From a bacterium (GTDB taxonomy: Bacteria > Gemmatimonadota > Gemmatimonadetes > Gemmatimonadales > Gemmatimonadaceae), in NCBI GenBank assembly GCA_039934235.1, contig JBDTMO010000001.1, positions 1 to 32,410 of the forward strand: 32,410 bases of DNA, in the 5' to 3' direction. Below are positions 1 to 8,405 of the stretch, piece by piece. The notes under the pieces were generated by a model. The model saw only the letters and a list, made by a program, of their open reading frames with translations. It searched no databases and had not been told where the DNA came from. Within the stretch, counting starts at the first letter, position 1; every line of letters begins with the position of its first letter. Both the position numbers and the translations under genes were made by a program.

Positions 1-347
1 GTCCGCTTAAAGACGCTTGAAATCTGCAGCGTTATCGAGAGGTCGTCCACAGCGTGTGTGTTAGCGGCATCCACAGACGGCAGTTCGATCTTGGTGACCC
101 TGGCGCCCCGCCAGTCGTACCAGTCAACCACGTCTCCGGCGTAATTGACCACGACAATGGCGCCATCCCCGAGGCTCCCGCCTCTGAGACTCTGGCGGAC
201 CCACTGGAGGAAGTGGCCGCTCAGGCTGGCCTGAAAGGTGATCACTAAGGAATGAAGCGTCGGGAAGGTTGCGGTATGGAGCATTCCCACGTTCCTCCCG
301 TTGAATTCGAGCACGGTCTTCGTCACATCGCTTGAGGCTCGCGTCAT
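1..347 (-). CDS. phage tail tube-like protein (T4 gp19 / PF06841-like), first 115 codons; gene continues past window start
   Basis: ATG at 347 (complement of CAT 345-347), open to position 1. It is absent from the supplied ORF track, probably because no stop lies in the window. My translation: MTRASSDVTKTVLEFNGRNVGMLHTATFPTLHSLVITFQASLSGHFLQWVRQSLRGGSLGDGAIVVVNYAGDVVDWYDWRGARVTKIELPSVDAANTHAVDDLSITLQISSVFKR. By my count 87 of 115 codons end in G/C. The pattern LEfNG..VG, then F..W......G.I, then lP.vDA.....v..L.I, resembles tail-tube family proteins recalled from memory. Confidence 0.4.
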   Translation of the reverse strand, partial: MTRASSDVTKTVLEFNGRNVGMLHTATFPTLHSLVITFQASLSGHFLQWVRQSLRGGSLGDGAIVVVNYAGDVVDWYDWRGARVTKIELPSVDAANTHAVDDLSITLQISSVFKR

Positions 348-359
348 CTGCTGGGTTCC

Positions 360-767
360 TTGTCGGGCTTCGAGATTGCTTTGGCGCCGGCATTCCGCGA
401 GGACTTTCGCGAGTCACTGTACCGGTTGGTGGGCGCACTGACGGCCACCGGCGTCACGATGTTGATGACGACCGAGACGGTGGGCGGATCGGACCTTGGC
501 TTCACGACGGAGAAGGTCTCGTTCATTACCGATGACATCATCGTCCAGCGCTACATCGAGATCGATGGCGCGCTGCGAACGGTGCTCGCGGTGCACAAGA
601 TGCGTGGCAGTGCGCACAGTCACGAGTTCCGTACCTACGACATCAACGCGAACGGCGCTGTGATTGGCGCGGCACTCCGAAATTTTCGGGGCATCATGAC
701 GGGAACCCCGGAGCGGATCACTGCTCCGGTGACAACGGATCACGATAGCGTGCAAGGCCATGGATAG
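360..767 (+). pseudogene. KaiC-like RecA-superfamily ATPase, C-terminal fragment only (no Walker A/B region)
   Basis: 135-aa ORF with a TTG start. LVGALTATGVTMLMTTE...IIVQRYIEIDGALRTVLAVHKMRGSAHSHEFRTYDINANGAVIG matches the C-terminal third of a KaiC/RadA-type domain. An in-frame TGA at 333-335 prevents upstream extension, and the opposite-strand gene starts 12 bp away. Confidence 0.55.
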
Positions 768-2502
768 CATGGTGGCGAGGGACTCGTTCCCGCGACATAT
801 GGAAAACGTGTCGGCGGCCTTTGCACTGACCAGCGGTGACGAGCACACCCTCATCTATGCCAACGCCGCGTTTCGAACGCTCGTGGCGGCGCAGGGAGAG
901 CTGCGGCTTGGAGTTCCGATTGCCGACGCCATCTCGGCAAATGAACGGGCCGGGCTGGGCCTGGTGCTCGATGGCGCCTTTCGCACGGGCCGTATCGCGA
1001 GAAATCGACGCATCGGCGTCGTTGAAGAGGGTGTGCGGCCGTTGGCGTGCACGGTATGGCCGGATGCCGGGTTGAATGGCGATACAGAGCAACTGCTCAT
1101 CGAGCTGCGCTTCGCGACGCAATCGGAGCTCACGCTCAACCTGCAGCGCGAGGTCGCAGAGCGGCTGCTGTTGAGCGCCTTGCGCGATCAGGATGCCGCG
1201 AACTCGGCGCTGCAATCGCGGCACCAGGCGATTTTCCTTGCGACGGAAAGCCGGCGGCTCTCCGAATCGCTCGACGAACGCGCGACGTTGACGGCGATGG
1301 AGCGGATGGCGCTGCCGCAAGTCGGCGCGTGGTGCATCGTCGATACGCTCGACGAGCACGACATGATGCATCGTCTTGCATGCTTTCACCCCGACCGGGG
1401 GAAGCAAGCGATTCTCGAGGTGCTGGACGGGCGATGGGTTCCGCATCTGGACGAAGAGTTCGGCGTCGCCGCTGCGTTGCGCTCTGGCGTGGGGACGACA
1501 CTGGTCGATGATGTCGACGCTGCACTGGCCCGCAGCACGCAGGATCCGGAAGTCCTGCGGGCACTGCGCCAGATCGGCATCGGTCCGTTGCTCACTGTGC
1601 CGCTGGTGATACGCGACCGGTTGATCGGTGCGGTGACGTTCGTGGGAGGGCACGCGGGGCGACGCTTTACGCCCGACGACGTGGCCCTGGCCAAGGACCT
1701 CGCAGATCGGAGCGCCATGGCGCTCGATCGCGCTCGGCTCTATGGCGAGGCCATCGCGCTCAAGATTCTCGCGGAGTCTGCCAACCAGGCGAAAACGGCG
1801 TTCCTCGGCATGATGAGCCACGAGTTGCGCACGCCGCTCAACGCGATTGGCGGGTATGTGGATCTCATCGATCTCGAGGTGCATGGTCCGGTCACCGAAG
1901 CGCAGCACGTGGATCTGGCTCGCATCCGCAACAATCAGCGGTACCTCATGGGCCTGATCAACGACCTGCTCAACCTGACGAAGGTTGGCGGCGGTCACGT
2001 CGTGTACGACATCACCACGATCGCTGCCCAGGAGATCCTCGAAGCAACGGTGGCGCTCATTGAGCCGCTGATCGTCCAGAAAGGCCTGATTCTCTACGAC
2101 CACGGGTGTACGGGCAGCTTCATGTTGCGCGGCGACCGCGAAAAGGTGATTCAAATTCTCGTGAATCTCTTTTCCAACGCGATCAAGTTCACGCCGCCTG
2201 GTGGGCGGCTGTACATCGATTGCGACGCGACGATGGATCTCGTGTCGCTGCGCGTCACGGACACGGGCATTGGCATCGCATCGGAAAAGCTCGAAGCCAT
2301 CTTCGAACCGTTCGTGCAGATCAACGACGGCCGGATGGGCCCGGAGGCCGGCATTGGACTTGGCCTCGCGATCAGCCGCAGCCTCGCGCGCGCCATGAAT
2401 GGCGATCTCACGGTCGAGAGTGCATTGGGCGAAGGCGCACGATTTACGCTGACGCTCCCCCGCACACTGATCGAGGTTGTCGCGACGGACGCGCCGGATT
2501 AG
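760..2502 (+). CDS. sensor histidine kinase (PAS-like N-terminus, GAF, HisKA, HATPase_c)
   Basis: H-box MSHELRTPLNAIGGY, N-box NLFSNAIKFT, G-boxes DTGIGI and GIGLGLAISR. A GAF-like segment lies around GAWCIVDTL...IGAVTFVG. The ATG overlaps the KaiC-like ORF stop (ATGGATAG). Confidence 0.9.
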   Translation: MDSMVARDSFPRHMENVSAAFALTSGDEHTLIYANAAFRTLVAAQGELRLGVPIADAISANERAGLGLVLDGAFRTGRIARNRRIGVVEEGVRPLACTVWPDAGLNGDTEQLLIELRFATQSELTLNLQREVAERLLLSALRDQDAANSALQSRHQAIFLATESRRLSESLDERATLTAMERMALPQVGAWCIVDTLDEHDMMHRLACFHPDRGKQAILEVLDGRWVPHLDEEFGVAAALRSGVGTTLVDDVDAALARSTQDPEVLRALRQIGIGPLLTVPLVIRDRLIGAVTFVGGHAGRRFTPDDVALAKDLADRSAMALDRARLYGEAIALKILAESANQAKTAFLGMMSHELRTPLNAIGGYVDLIDLEVHGPVTEAQHVDLARIRNNQRYLMGLINDLLNLTKVGGGHVVYDITTIAAQEILEATVALIEPLIVQKGLILYDHGCTGSFMLRGDREKVIQILVNLFSNAIKFTPPGGRLYIDCDATMDLVSLRVTDTGIGIASEKLEAIFEPFVQINDGRMGPEAGIGLGLAISRSLARAMNGDLTVESALGEGARFTLTLPRTLIEVVATDAPD

Positions 2503-2506
2503 CCTA

Positions 2507-3847
2507 GTGCTCGTGCGCACTCGACTGACAACCCATCTTCCCCTCCTGTTCGCGCTCGTGACAGCGCGCGCGCTGGCGCAGGCGCAGCCCGCGACGCTTT
2601 CGCGTACCGAGCAATCGATCGTCGCTGCGGTCGATACGCATAACGCGGCGGCGCTCTCGTTACTGGAGCAAATCGTCAACATCAACAGCGGCACGCACAA
2701 CTTTCCCGGTGTGCGCCAGGTTGCCGACGTTCTTCGCCCGCGATTCGACGCGCTGGGCTTCACCACCAAATGGGAAGACGGCGCGGCGTTCGGGCGCGCG
2801 GGCCACCTCGTTGCGGAGCATCCCGGTCCCGGACCAAAGTTGCTGCTCATCGGGCATCTGGACACGGTATTCGAGGCAAGTAGCCCCTTCCAGAAATTCG
2901 AGCGGCTGGACGACTCGACCGCTCGCGGTCCGGGCATCATCGACATGAAGGGCGGCGACGTCATCATTCTTCACGCGCTCATGGCGCTACAGGACGCGGG
3001 CGTGTTGTCGCGCATGCACGTGGTCGTGGTTCTCGACGGTGACGAGGAAGAGGCGGGCCACCCGGTGAGTGCTGCGAGACGCACGCTCGTCGATGCAGCC
3101 AAGGGTGCAGTGGCCGCACTTGGATTCGAGGATGGCGCTGGTGACCCGAAAACTGCTGTCGTCTCGCGGCGCGGGGCGACGAGTTGGACGTTGCGCACCG
3201 GCGGAAACGCGGGTCACGCGTCGCAGATCTTCAACGCGGAGATCGGTGCCGGCGCGGTGTTCGAGGCGTCGCGCATCCTCAACGCGTTCTACACCAGGCT
3301 CTCGGGCGAACGCTATCTGGCGTTCAGTCCGGGGCTCGTTGTCGGCGGCTCGAACCTCACGCTGGACAGCGCGGGGACGAATGGCACGGCGTCAGGCAAG
3401 CGCAACGTGGTGAGCAAGGAGGTCGTCGTCACCGGCGACATGCGCACGGTGTCGCCCGAGCAACTCACGAGCACGATGGCCGCGATGCGCGCGATCGTTG
3501 CGGAGCATCTGCCGGGAACCACGGCGTCGATCACGTTCGACGACGGATATCCGCCCATGGCACCCAGTGCCGGCAACCAGCGGTTGCTGGCGATGTATGA
3601 TCGGGCGAGTCGTGATATTGGCGCGGGCTCCGTTACCGGCGTTGATCCGTCGCGCGCCGGTGCAGCCGACGTCGCATTCATCGCCGCAATGGTGCCGAGG
3701 AAGATCGACGGCATTGGTCTCTCTGGTCACGATGACCACAGCGCCAAGGAAACGGCGGACTTGCGCATGCTGCCGGTACAGACAAAGCGCGCGGCGCTGG
3801 TTCTACATCGGTTGACCACAATGAAAGCAGAGACGCCGGTTCCGTAA
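2507..3847 (+). CDS. secreted M20-family metallopeptidase (glutamate carboxypeptidase / CPG2-like)
   Basis: Motifs LLLIGHLDTVF, GPGIIDMKGG, DGDEEEAGHP. Signal-peptide-like LVRTRLTTHLPLLFALVTARALAQAQ. Start uncertain: the GTG at 2507 lies 4 nt after the upstream stop, and the ORF track offers TTG at 2477. Confidence 0.85.
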   Translation: MLVRTRLTTHLPLLFALVTARALAQAQPATLSRTEQSIVAAVDTHNAAALSLLEQIVNINSGTHNFPGVRQVADVLRPRFDALGFTTKWEDGAAFGRAGHLVAEHPGPGPKLLLIGHLDTVFEASSPFQKFERLDDSTARGPGIIDMKGGDVIILHALMALQDAGVLSRMHVVVVLDGDEEEAGHPVSAARRTLVDAAKGAVAALGFEDGAGDPKTAVVSRRGATSWTLRTGGNAGHASQIFNAEIGAGAVFEASRILNAFYTRLSGERYLAFSPGLVVGGSNLTLDSAGTNGTASGKRNVVSKEVVVTGDMRTVSPEQLTSTMAAMRAIVAEHLPGTTASITFDDGYPPMAPSAGNQRLLAMYDRASRDIGAGSVTGVDPSRAGAADVAFIAAMVPRKIDGIGLSGHDDHSAKETADLRMLPVQTKRAALVLHRLTTMKAETPVP

Positions 3848-3880
3848 AACGGTGAACGGTGAACGGTGAACGGTGAACGG
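3848..3880. repeat. heptanucleotide tandem repeat (AACGGTG) x4.7
   Basis: aacggtg at 3848, 3855, 3862 and 3869, plus a partial aacgg at 3876. It begins directly after the TAA stop (3845-3847) of the M20 gene, in the 118-bp spacer before the M28 gene. Confidence 0.95.
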
Positions 3881-3965
3881 ATTCGCCAGCAATCTGCGTC
3901 CGTATGGCGTACGCTTCTTGTAGACTCGCACCTCCGCTTGCCCCTCCATTAGCCCACAACAACAG

Positions 3966-6077
3966 ATGAAGGCGATTACTCTCGCACTGTCCGCGGCGTT
4001 CATCATGACGCCGTTGCTCTTGCGCGCGCAGGAGCGCGAGGACCGAACGCTGCTCACGCAGGCGCAGATGACCGCCATCATCAACGAAGTGTCCGGCGAG
4101 CGCGCAATGCATCACGTGCTCGAGCTCGTGCCCTATCAGCGCGTGCGCAAGCCGAGCGAGTACGCTGGCCCGTATCGCGAAAGCAAGGTCATTGCGGATT
4201 TTGCGAAAGAGTACGGATTCAGCAATGTGGCCATCGAGACGTTCGGCGCTGCCGGCGCCATGACGCCGCAGCCCACGCAGGGCGAGCTCTGGATCACAAG
4301 TCCGCGGAGCGTAAAGCTGTTCGACATTCACGATCTCGCGCTTGCACTCGCCTCGACCAACGCCAACGGTGACATCTCCGCCGAGTTGATCGACGTCGGC
4401 GCTGGACGCGCGCAGGACTTCGAGGGCAAGGACGTAAAAGGCAAGTTTGTCCTCTCATCCGGCAACACGGGCGCTACCTACGCGCTCGCCACACAGCGTG
4501 GCGCCATCGGCGTCCTCGGCATCAGCGCCATCGGCTTTCAACGCGCCGCGGATTTCCCGAATCAGATTGTGTGGAGCACGGTGAATGCACAACCGGGCAC
4601 CGTTGCCTGGTCCGTAACGCCGGAAGTGCAGCACAATCTCGCCGCGCAGCTTACACGTGGCGACAAGATCACCATTCGCTCGATCACGAAAAGCGTGATG
4701 GTGCCCAACAAGCAGGAATACGTGCATGCCGAGATTCCCGGCGACGGCAGCACGACGCAGGAAGTCGGTATCAGCGGCCACCTGTACGAAGGTTTCATCA
4801 AGCAGGGCGCGAACGATGACAACTCGGGCTGCGCGCTCATCCTCGAGATCGGCCGCGCGTACATCAAGCTCATCGCCGAAGGCAAGCTGCCGCGTCCGAA
4901 GCGCACGATCAACTTTCAGTTCGTCCCTGAAATCTCCGGTACGAATGCGTATCTCACCGCGCATCCCGACAAGGAGAAGGCGATTATCGGGACGCTCAAC
5001 TTCGACATGGAAGCCATTCGCGTTTCGCAGAGCCGCAGCTTCTGGGTGCTGCAGCGGACGCCCGACACCTTTCCGTCGTATCTCAACGACATCGCGCAGA
5101 GCATGATGGAGTATGTCGCCGACATCTCGCGCGAGCGTGTGCGCTTTCGCCGCTCTCCGTCCGGCTACTCCCCGACACAGCCAGTCGAGTCGCCACGCGG
5201 GAGCAAGGACGCGTTCTACATCAAGATCGACAAGCACTACGGATCGAGCGATCACGTGACGTACATGCAGCACGGCATTCCAGCCGTCATGTTCATCACG
5301 TGGCCGGACATGTGGTACCACTCGTCGGAGGATACGCCGGACAAGCAGGACCCCACGCAATACAAGCGTGCCGCCGCGGTGGGACTTGGCGGACTTGCCG
5401 TGATCGCCACCGGAACCGATGAGATGGCGGCGCGGGTCGTCGCGGACAATCTCGGGCGCGGGCTTTCGCGCATGGGCGAGTCACACACGAAGGGCCTGGG
5501 CTATATGTCCGATGCGGCCGATGGCGCCGGCCTCATGCAAGCGTACAAGGAGGCGCGCGTCGCCATTCAGCACCAGGCAACGATCGAGAAGGCCGTCGTG
5601 CGCTCCGCGAGCGTTCTCTGGACGAACGTGGATGACGGCAAGAAGAAGACAGCGGCGTTCGAACCGCTGATCGATCAACGCGCGTCGTCGCTGATGAACG
5701 AGGTGAAAGCGGCTTACCAGCTTCAGGCCATGCAACGGAAGGTGGCAGCAACGGAGCCCGTTGCGACGGCGGAGGAGCGCACGGCGTCGAACCTCATGAT
5801 CGAGCTGGTACCTGTCGCGGCTCCGGCAGCGGCGCCAGGCGCAGCCGGCGGTGGCCGAGGCGGTGGTGGTGGCGGTCGTGGTGGCGCGGCGACAGGATTC
5901 CCTGATGAGTTCAACGCCGAATTTTCGCTGCTGATGCCAAAGAAGATGTCCGTCCTCCAAGTTCGCGACTTTCTGTCTGGCGAGTTTACGCCACTGCCAT
6001 TGGCGGATGTGCTGGCCGCGTTGCGCGCTCGTGAGACGCAGGGATCGATCAAGCTCGTTCCGCGGAGCGGAAGGTAG
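3966..6077 (+). CDS. secreted M28-family metallopeptidase with PA-like insert and C-terminal extension
   Basis: Signal peptide MKAITLALSAAFIMTPLLLRAQE. M28 motifs GANDDNSGCALILEIGRAY and HYGSSDHVTYMQHGIPAVMF. Gly/Arg low-complexity run GGGRGGGGGGRGG near the C-terminus. Confidence 0.85.
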   Translation: MKAITLALSAAFIMTPLLLRAQEREDRTLLTQAQMTAIINEVSGERAMHHVLELVPYQRVRKPSEYAGPYRESKVIADFAKEYGFSNVAIETFGAAGAMTPQPTQGELWITSPRSVKLFDIHDLALALASTNANGDISAELIDVGAGRAQDFEGKDVKGKFVLSSGNTGATYALATQRGAIGVLGISAIGFQRAADFPNQIVWSTVNAQPGTVAWSVTPEVQHNLAAQLTRGDKITIRSITKSVMVPNKQEYVHAEIPGDGSTTQEVGISGHLYEGFIKQGANDDNSGCALILEIGRAYIKLIAEGKLPRPKRTINFQFVPEISGTNAYLTAHPDKEKAIIGTLNFDMEAIRVSQSRSFWVLQRTPDTFPSYLNDIAQSMMEYVADISRERVRFRRSPSGYSPTQPVESPRGSKDAFYIKIDKHYGSSDHVTYMQHGIPAVMFITWPDMWYHSSEDTPDKQDPTQYKRAAAVGLGGLAVIATGTDEMAARVVADNLGRGLSRMGESHTKGLGYMSDAADGAGLMQAYKEARVAIQHQATIEKAVVRSASVLWTNVDDGKKKTAAFEPLIDQRASSLMNEVKAAYQLQAMQRKVAATEPVATAEERTASNLMIELVPVAAPAAAPGAAGGGRGGGGGGRGGAATGFPDEFNAEFSLLMPKKMSVLQVRDFLSGEFTPLPLADVLAALRARETQGSIKLVPRSGR

Positions 6078-6082
6078 GCCGC

Positions 6083-6793
6083 ATGCACCTCATGTTCGCC
6101 GAAGATGATCGCCAGCTCCGCGCGTCGATTTCGCGCGGACTGCGCGAAGCGTCGTACACCGTGGATCAGGTGTCGAACGGACCGGCAGCGTTAGCGCTCG
6201 CCGAGACGAAGCACTTTGACGCGATCATCCTCGACGTGCTGCTGCCGGGGTCGAGCGGTGTCGAGGTGTGCCGCGCCATCCGCGAGCGCGGCGACGCTGT
6301 GCCAATTCTCATGCTGACGGCGCTCGACAGCGTCGAGCAGCGCATTGCCGGCCTGGACGCAGGGGCCGACGACTATCTCACGAAGCCCTTTGACTTTGGC
6401 GAACTGCTCGCGCGCGTGCGAGCGCTCACCCGACGCCATGGAATCGCAGCGCCGATTCTCACGGTCGGCGATCTCGTGATCGATACGAAGCGGCATTCCG
6501 CCCATCGTGGCGCGCGAGAGATTGTGCTCACGGCAAAAGAGTTTGCGTTTCTCGTGTACCTGGCGCGACACGTGGGCACCGCGGTGAGCCGCGCGGACCT
6601 CATGAAGCACGTGTGGGAGAATACCCAAACCCACTACTCCAACATCATCGACGTCTACGCCAGCCGGCTTCGCCGCAAGATCGACGACGGCGAGGAAGTC
6701 GCGCTGTTCTCGACGGTGCGAGGCACGGGATTCATGCTCGAGGCGCCTGCGTCCGCGCCATCTGCCAGCGGGCATACCGCGCGAAAAGAGTAA
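6083..6793 (+). CDS. OmpR-family response regulator (receiver + winged-helix)
   Basis: Receiver: FAEDD...DAIILDVLLPG...LMLTA...DDYLTKPF. Trans_reg_C: LTAKEFAFLVYLARHVG...VRGTGFML. GGAAGG lies upstream of the ATG. Confidence 0.92.
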   Translation: MHLMFAEDDRQLRASISRGLREASYTVDQVSNGPAALALAETKHFDAIILDVLLPGSSGVEVCRAIRERGDAVPILMLTALDSVEQRIAGLDAGADDYLTKPFDFGELLARVRALTRRHGIAAPILTVGDLVIDTKRHSAHRGAREIVLTAKEFAFLVYLARHVGTAVSRADLMKHVWENTQTHYSNIIDVYASRLRRKIDDGEEVALFSTVRGTGFMLEAPASAPSASGHTARKE

Positions 6794-6799
6794 CGCGCG

Positions 6800-8251
6800 G
6801 TGCGACAATGGCCGTCGTCGCTCCGCTCGCGCCTCACGCTGTGGTACACGGTTCTGCTCGGCGTCCCACTCATTGCGTTCGCGTTGGTCTGTTACTTCAT
6901 CTTTGCGGGAACACTGCAGGCCCGCACGGATCGTTTTATAGGCGATGCATTGACGGCGTTTGCGCGCGAGGTCGTGGCCGAACGCCGCTTGGCGCTTTCG
7001 ATCGAAGCGGCTATTCGGAGCACGGCCGAGGAGGTTCGCTTTCGGGACCTGCGCATAGCAATCCTGGATGACGCGGGTCGTGTGATTGCGGCAAGTGATG
7101 CCGGAGAGAACGAGCGCGCGACAGCGGTAAGCCAGAGACCCAACGCAGCCACGCGGTTACTGGCCGCGATGCAGCGACTCGATCCACACACGATGCACGC
7201 GCTTACCGTAAACGAAGGCGACGGTGACTATCGCGTCGTCGTGCGGCCGCTGGCTGTCACGGGGCGGCAGTTCGTCCTTGCCGGCGCGTATTCGCTGAGC
7301 GACAACGCCGCGGTGCTGCAGCGCATTCGTGAAATGTTCATCGTGGTGATTCCCATTCTCATGCTGTGCGCGGCAGCGGGTGGATACTACCTGGCCAAGC
7401 GAAGCCTTGCGCCGATGGCGTTGATGGCCGTGCATGCCGCTGACATTGGAATCACGAACCTTCACGAGCGGCTCCCCGTTGGCGGGGGCGACGAGCTCGT
7501 GGGGTTGGCGACCGTGGTGAACGGACTGCTCGACCGGCTCGAGCTCTCATTCGCGCAACAGCGGCAGTTCGTGGCGGATGCGTCGCACGAGCTTCGCACG
7601 CCGACGGCCATCGTGCGTACGGAAGCGGATGTCACGTTGTCGCGCGAGCATCGCGACGAGGAGGAGTATCGAGCGTCGGTGACGATCATGCAGGACGCCG
7701 CACGTCGGCTTACGCGGATCGTCGATGATTTATTCCTGCTTGTGCGCGCCGACTCCAGCCAACTCGTGGCGCATCCAACTGCGCTGTACCTGGAGGAGCT
7801 GGTTGCGGACGTGGCGCGCGGGCTGCGATCGGTGGCGGAGGCGCGCGGCGTGCAGATCGAGCTTCACCTGCTGGGAGACGCCGCCTTCCACGGTGATCCG
7901 GATATGCTCGGCCGACTGCTCCTGAACCTGCTCGACAATGCCATCAAGCATTCCCCCGAGGGCGGCACGGTGGACGTGCAGATGGTTCGCCAGGGCACGT
8001 GGTACGAGCTCAGTGTGGCCGATGAGGGCGGCGGAATTCCAGCCGAGTTGCATGAGCGCATCTTTGAGCGCTTTTACCGCGTGGACGTGTCGCGTTCGCG
8101 CGATGACGCGAGTGCGACGAGCGGTGCTGGACTCGGGTTGGCGATAGCGAGGCGGATTGCGGAGATGCACTCCGGGACCCTCGCATTGGCGGAGTCGAGG
8201 GTGGGGAGAACGGTATTCCGGTTAAAGCTGCCAGTGGAGGGCGCGGGCTGA
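6800..8251 (+). CDS. sensor histidine kinase (2 TM, HAMP, HisKA, HATPase_c), partner of the OmpR-type regulator
   Basis: N-terminus LRSRLTLWYTVLLGVPLIAF, H-box ASHELRTPTAIV, N-box LLNLLDNAIKHSP, G-boxes DEGGGIP and GAGLGLAIARR. GTG start 6 nt after the regulator stop. Confidence 0.9.
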   Translation: MRQWPSSLRSRLTLWYTVLLGVPLIAFALVCYFIFAGTLQARTDRFIGDALTAFAREVVAERRLALSIEAAIRSTAEEVRFRDLRIAILDDAGRVIAASDAGENERATAVSQRPNAATRLLAAMQRLDPHTMHALTVNEGDGDYRVVVRPLAVTGRQFVLAGAYSLSDNAAVLQRIREMFIVVIPILMLCAAAGGYYLAKRSLAPMALMAVHAADIGITNLHERLPVGGGDELVGLATVVNGLLDRLELSFAQQRQFVADASHELRTPTAIVRTEADVTLSREHRDEEEYRASVTIMQDAARRLTRIVDDLFLLVRADSSQLVAHPTALYLEELVADVARGLRSVAEARGVQIELHLLGDAAFHGDPDMLGRLLLNLLDNAIKHSPEGGTVDVQMVRQGTWYELSVADEGGGIPAELHERIFERFYRVDVSRSRDDASATSGAGLGLAIARRIAEMHSGTLALAESRVGRTVFRLKLPVEGAG

Positions 8252-8301
8252 TTTTCTCGTAATGCGACTTGGTGTCGCCTGCGCGTGAACCGCAGAGTTG
8301 A

Positions 8302-8313
8302 TATGAGAAAGGC
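8302..8313. repeat. left terminal inverted repeat of the IS
   Basis: tatgagaaaggc is the exact reverse complement of 9770-9781. Confidence 0.6.
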
Positions 8314-8405
8314 CTTCCCCTGGCCGGTCGCGGCGTAGCAATACAGCATGCTCGCCAGTTCGATGACCGTTAACGGGCCCGCAGCCCAGATGCCAGAGGT
8401 CGGCC

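Noticed and set aside
124-438. 104-aa minus-strand ORF and 64-aa plus-strand ORF (54..248) at the left edge
   Set aside because: Both overlap the better-supported minus-strand frame that starts at 347, which has high third-position G+C and tail-tube-like sequence. Their own products are Arg/Pro-rich with no motif.
718-2967. 749-aa minus-strand ORF, the longest ORF in the left part of the window
   Set aside because: It is antisense to the well-supported histidine kinase and M20 peptidase genes. Its composition is Arg/Ala/Pro-rich with no recognisable motif. Long stop-free antisense frames are expected in GC-rich DNA.
4455-5360. 301-aa minus-strand ORF. Similar antisense ORFs lie at 11892..13088(-), 15281..16126(+), 22005..22940(-) and 29344..30516(+)
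   Set aside because: Each lies opposite a gene with strong family motifs and shows the Arg/His/Asp-rich composition typical of antisense frames in GC-rich genes.
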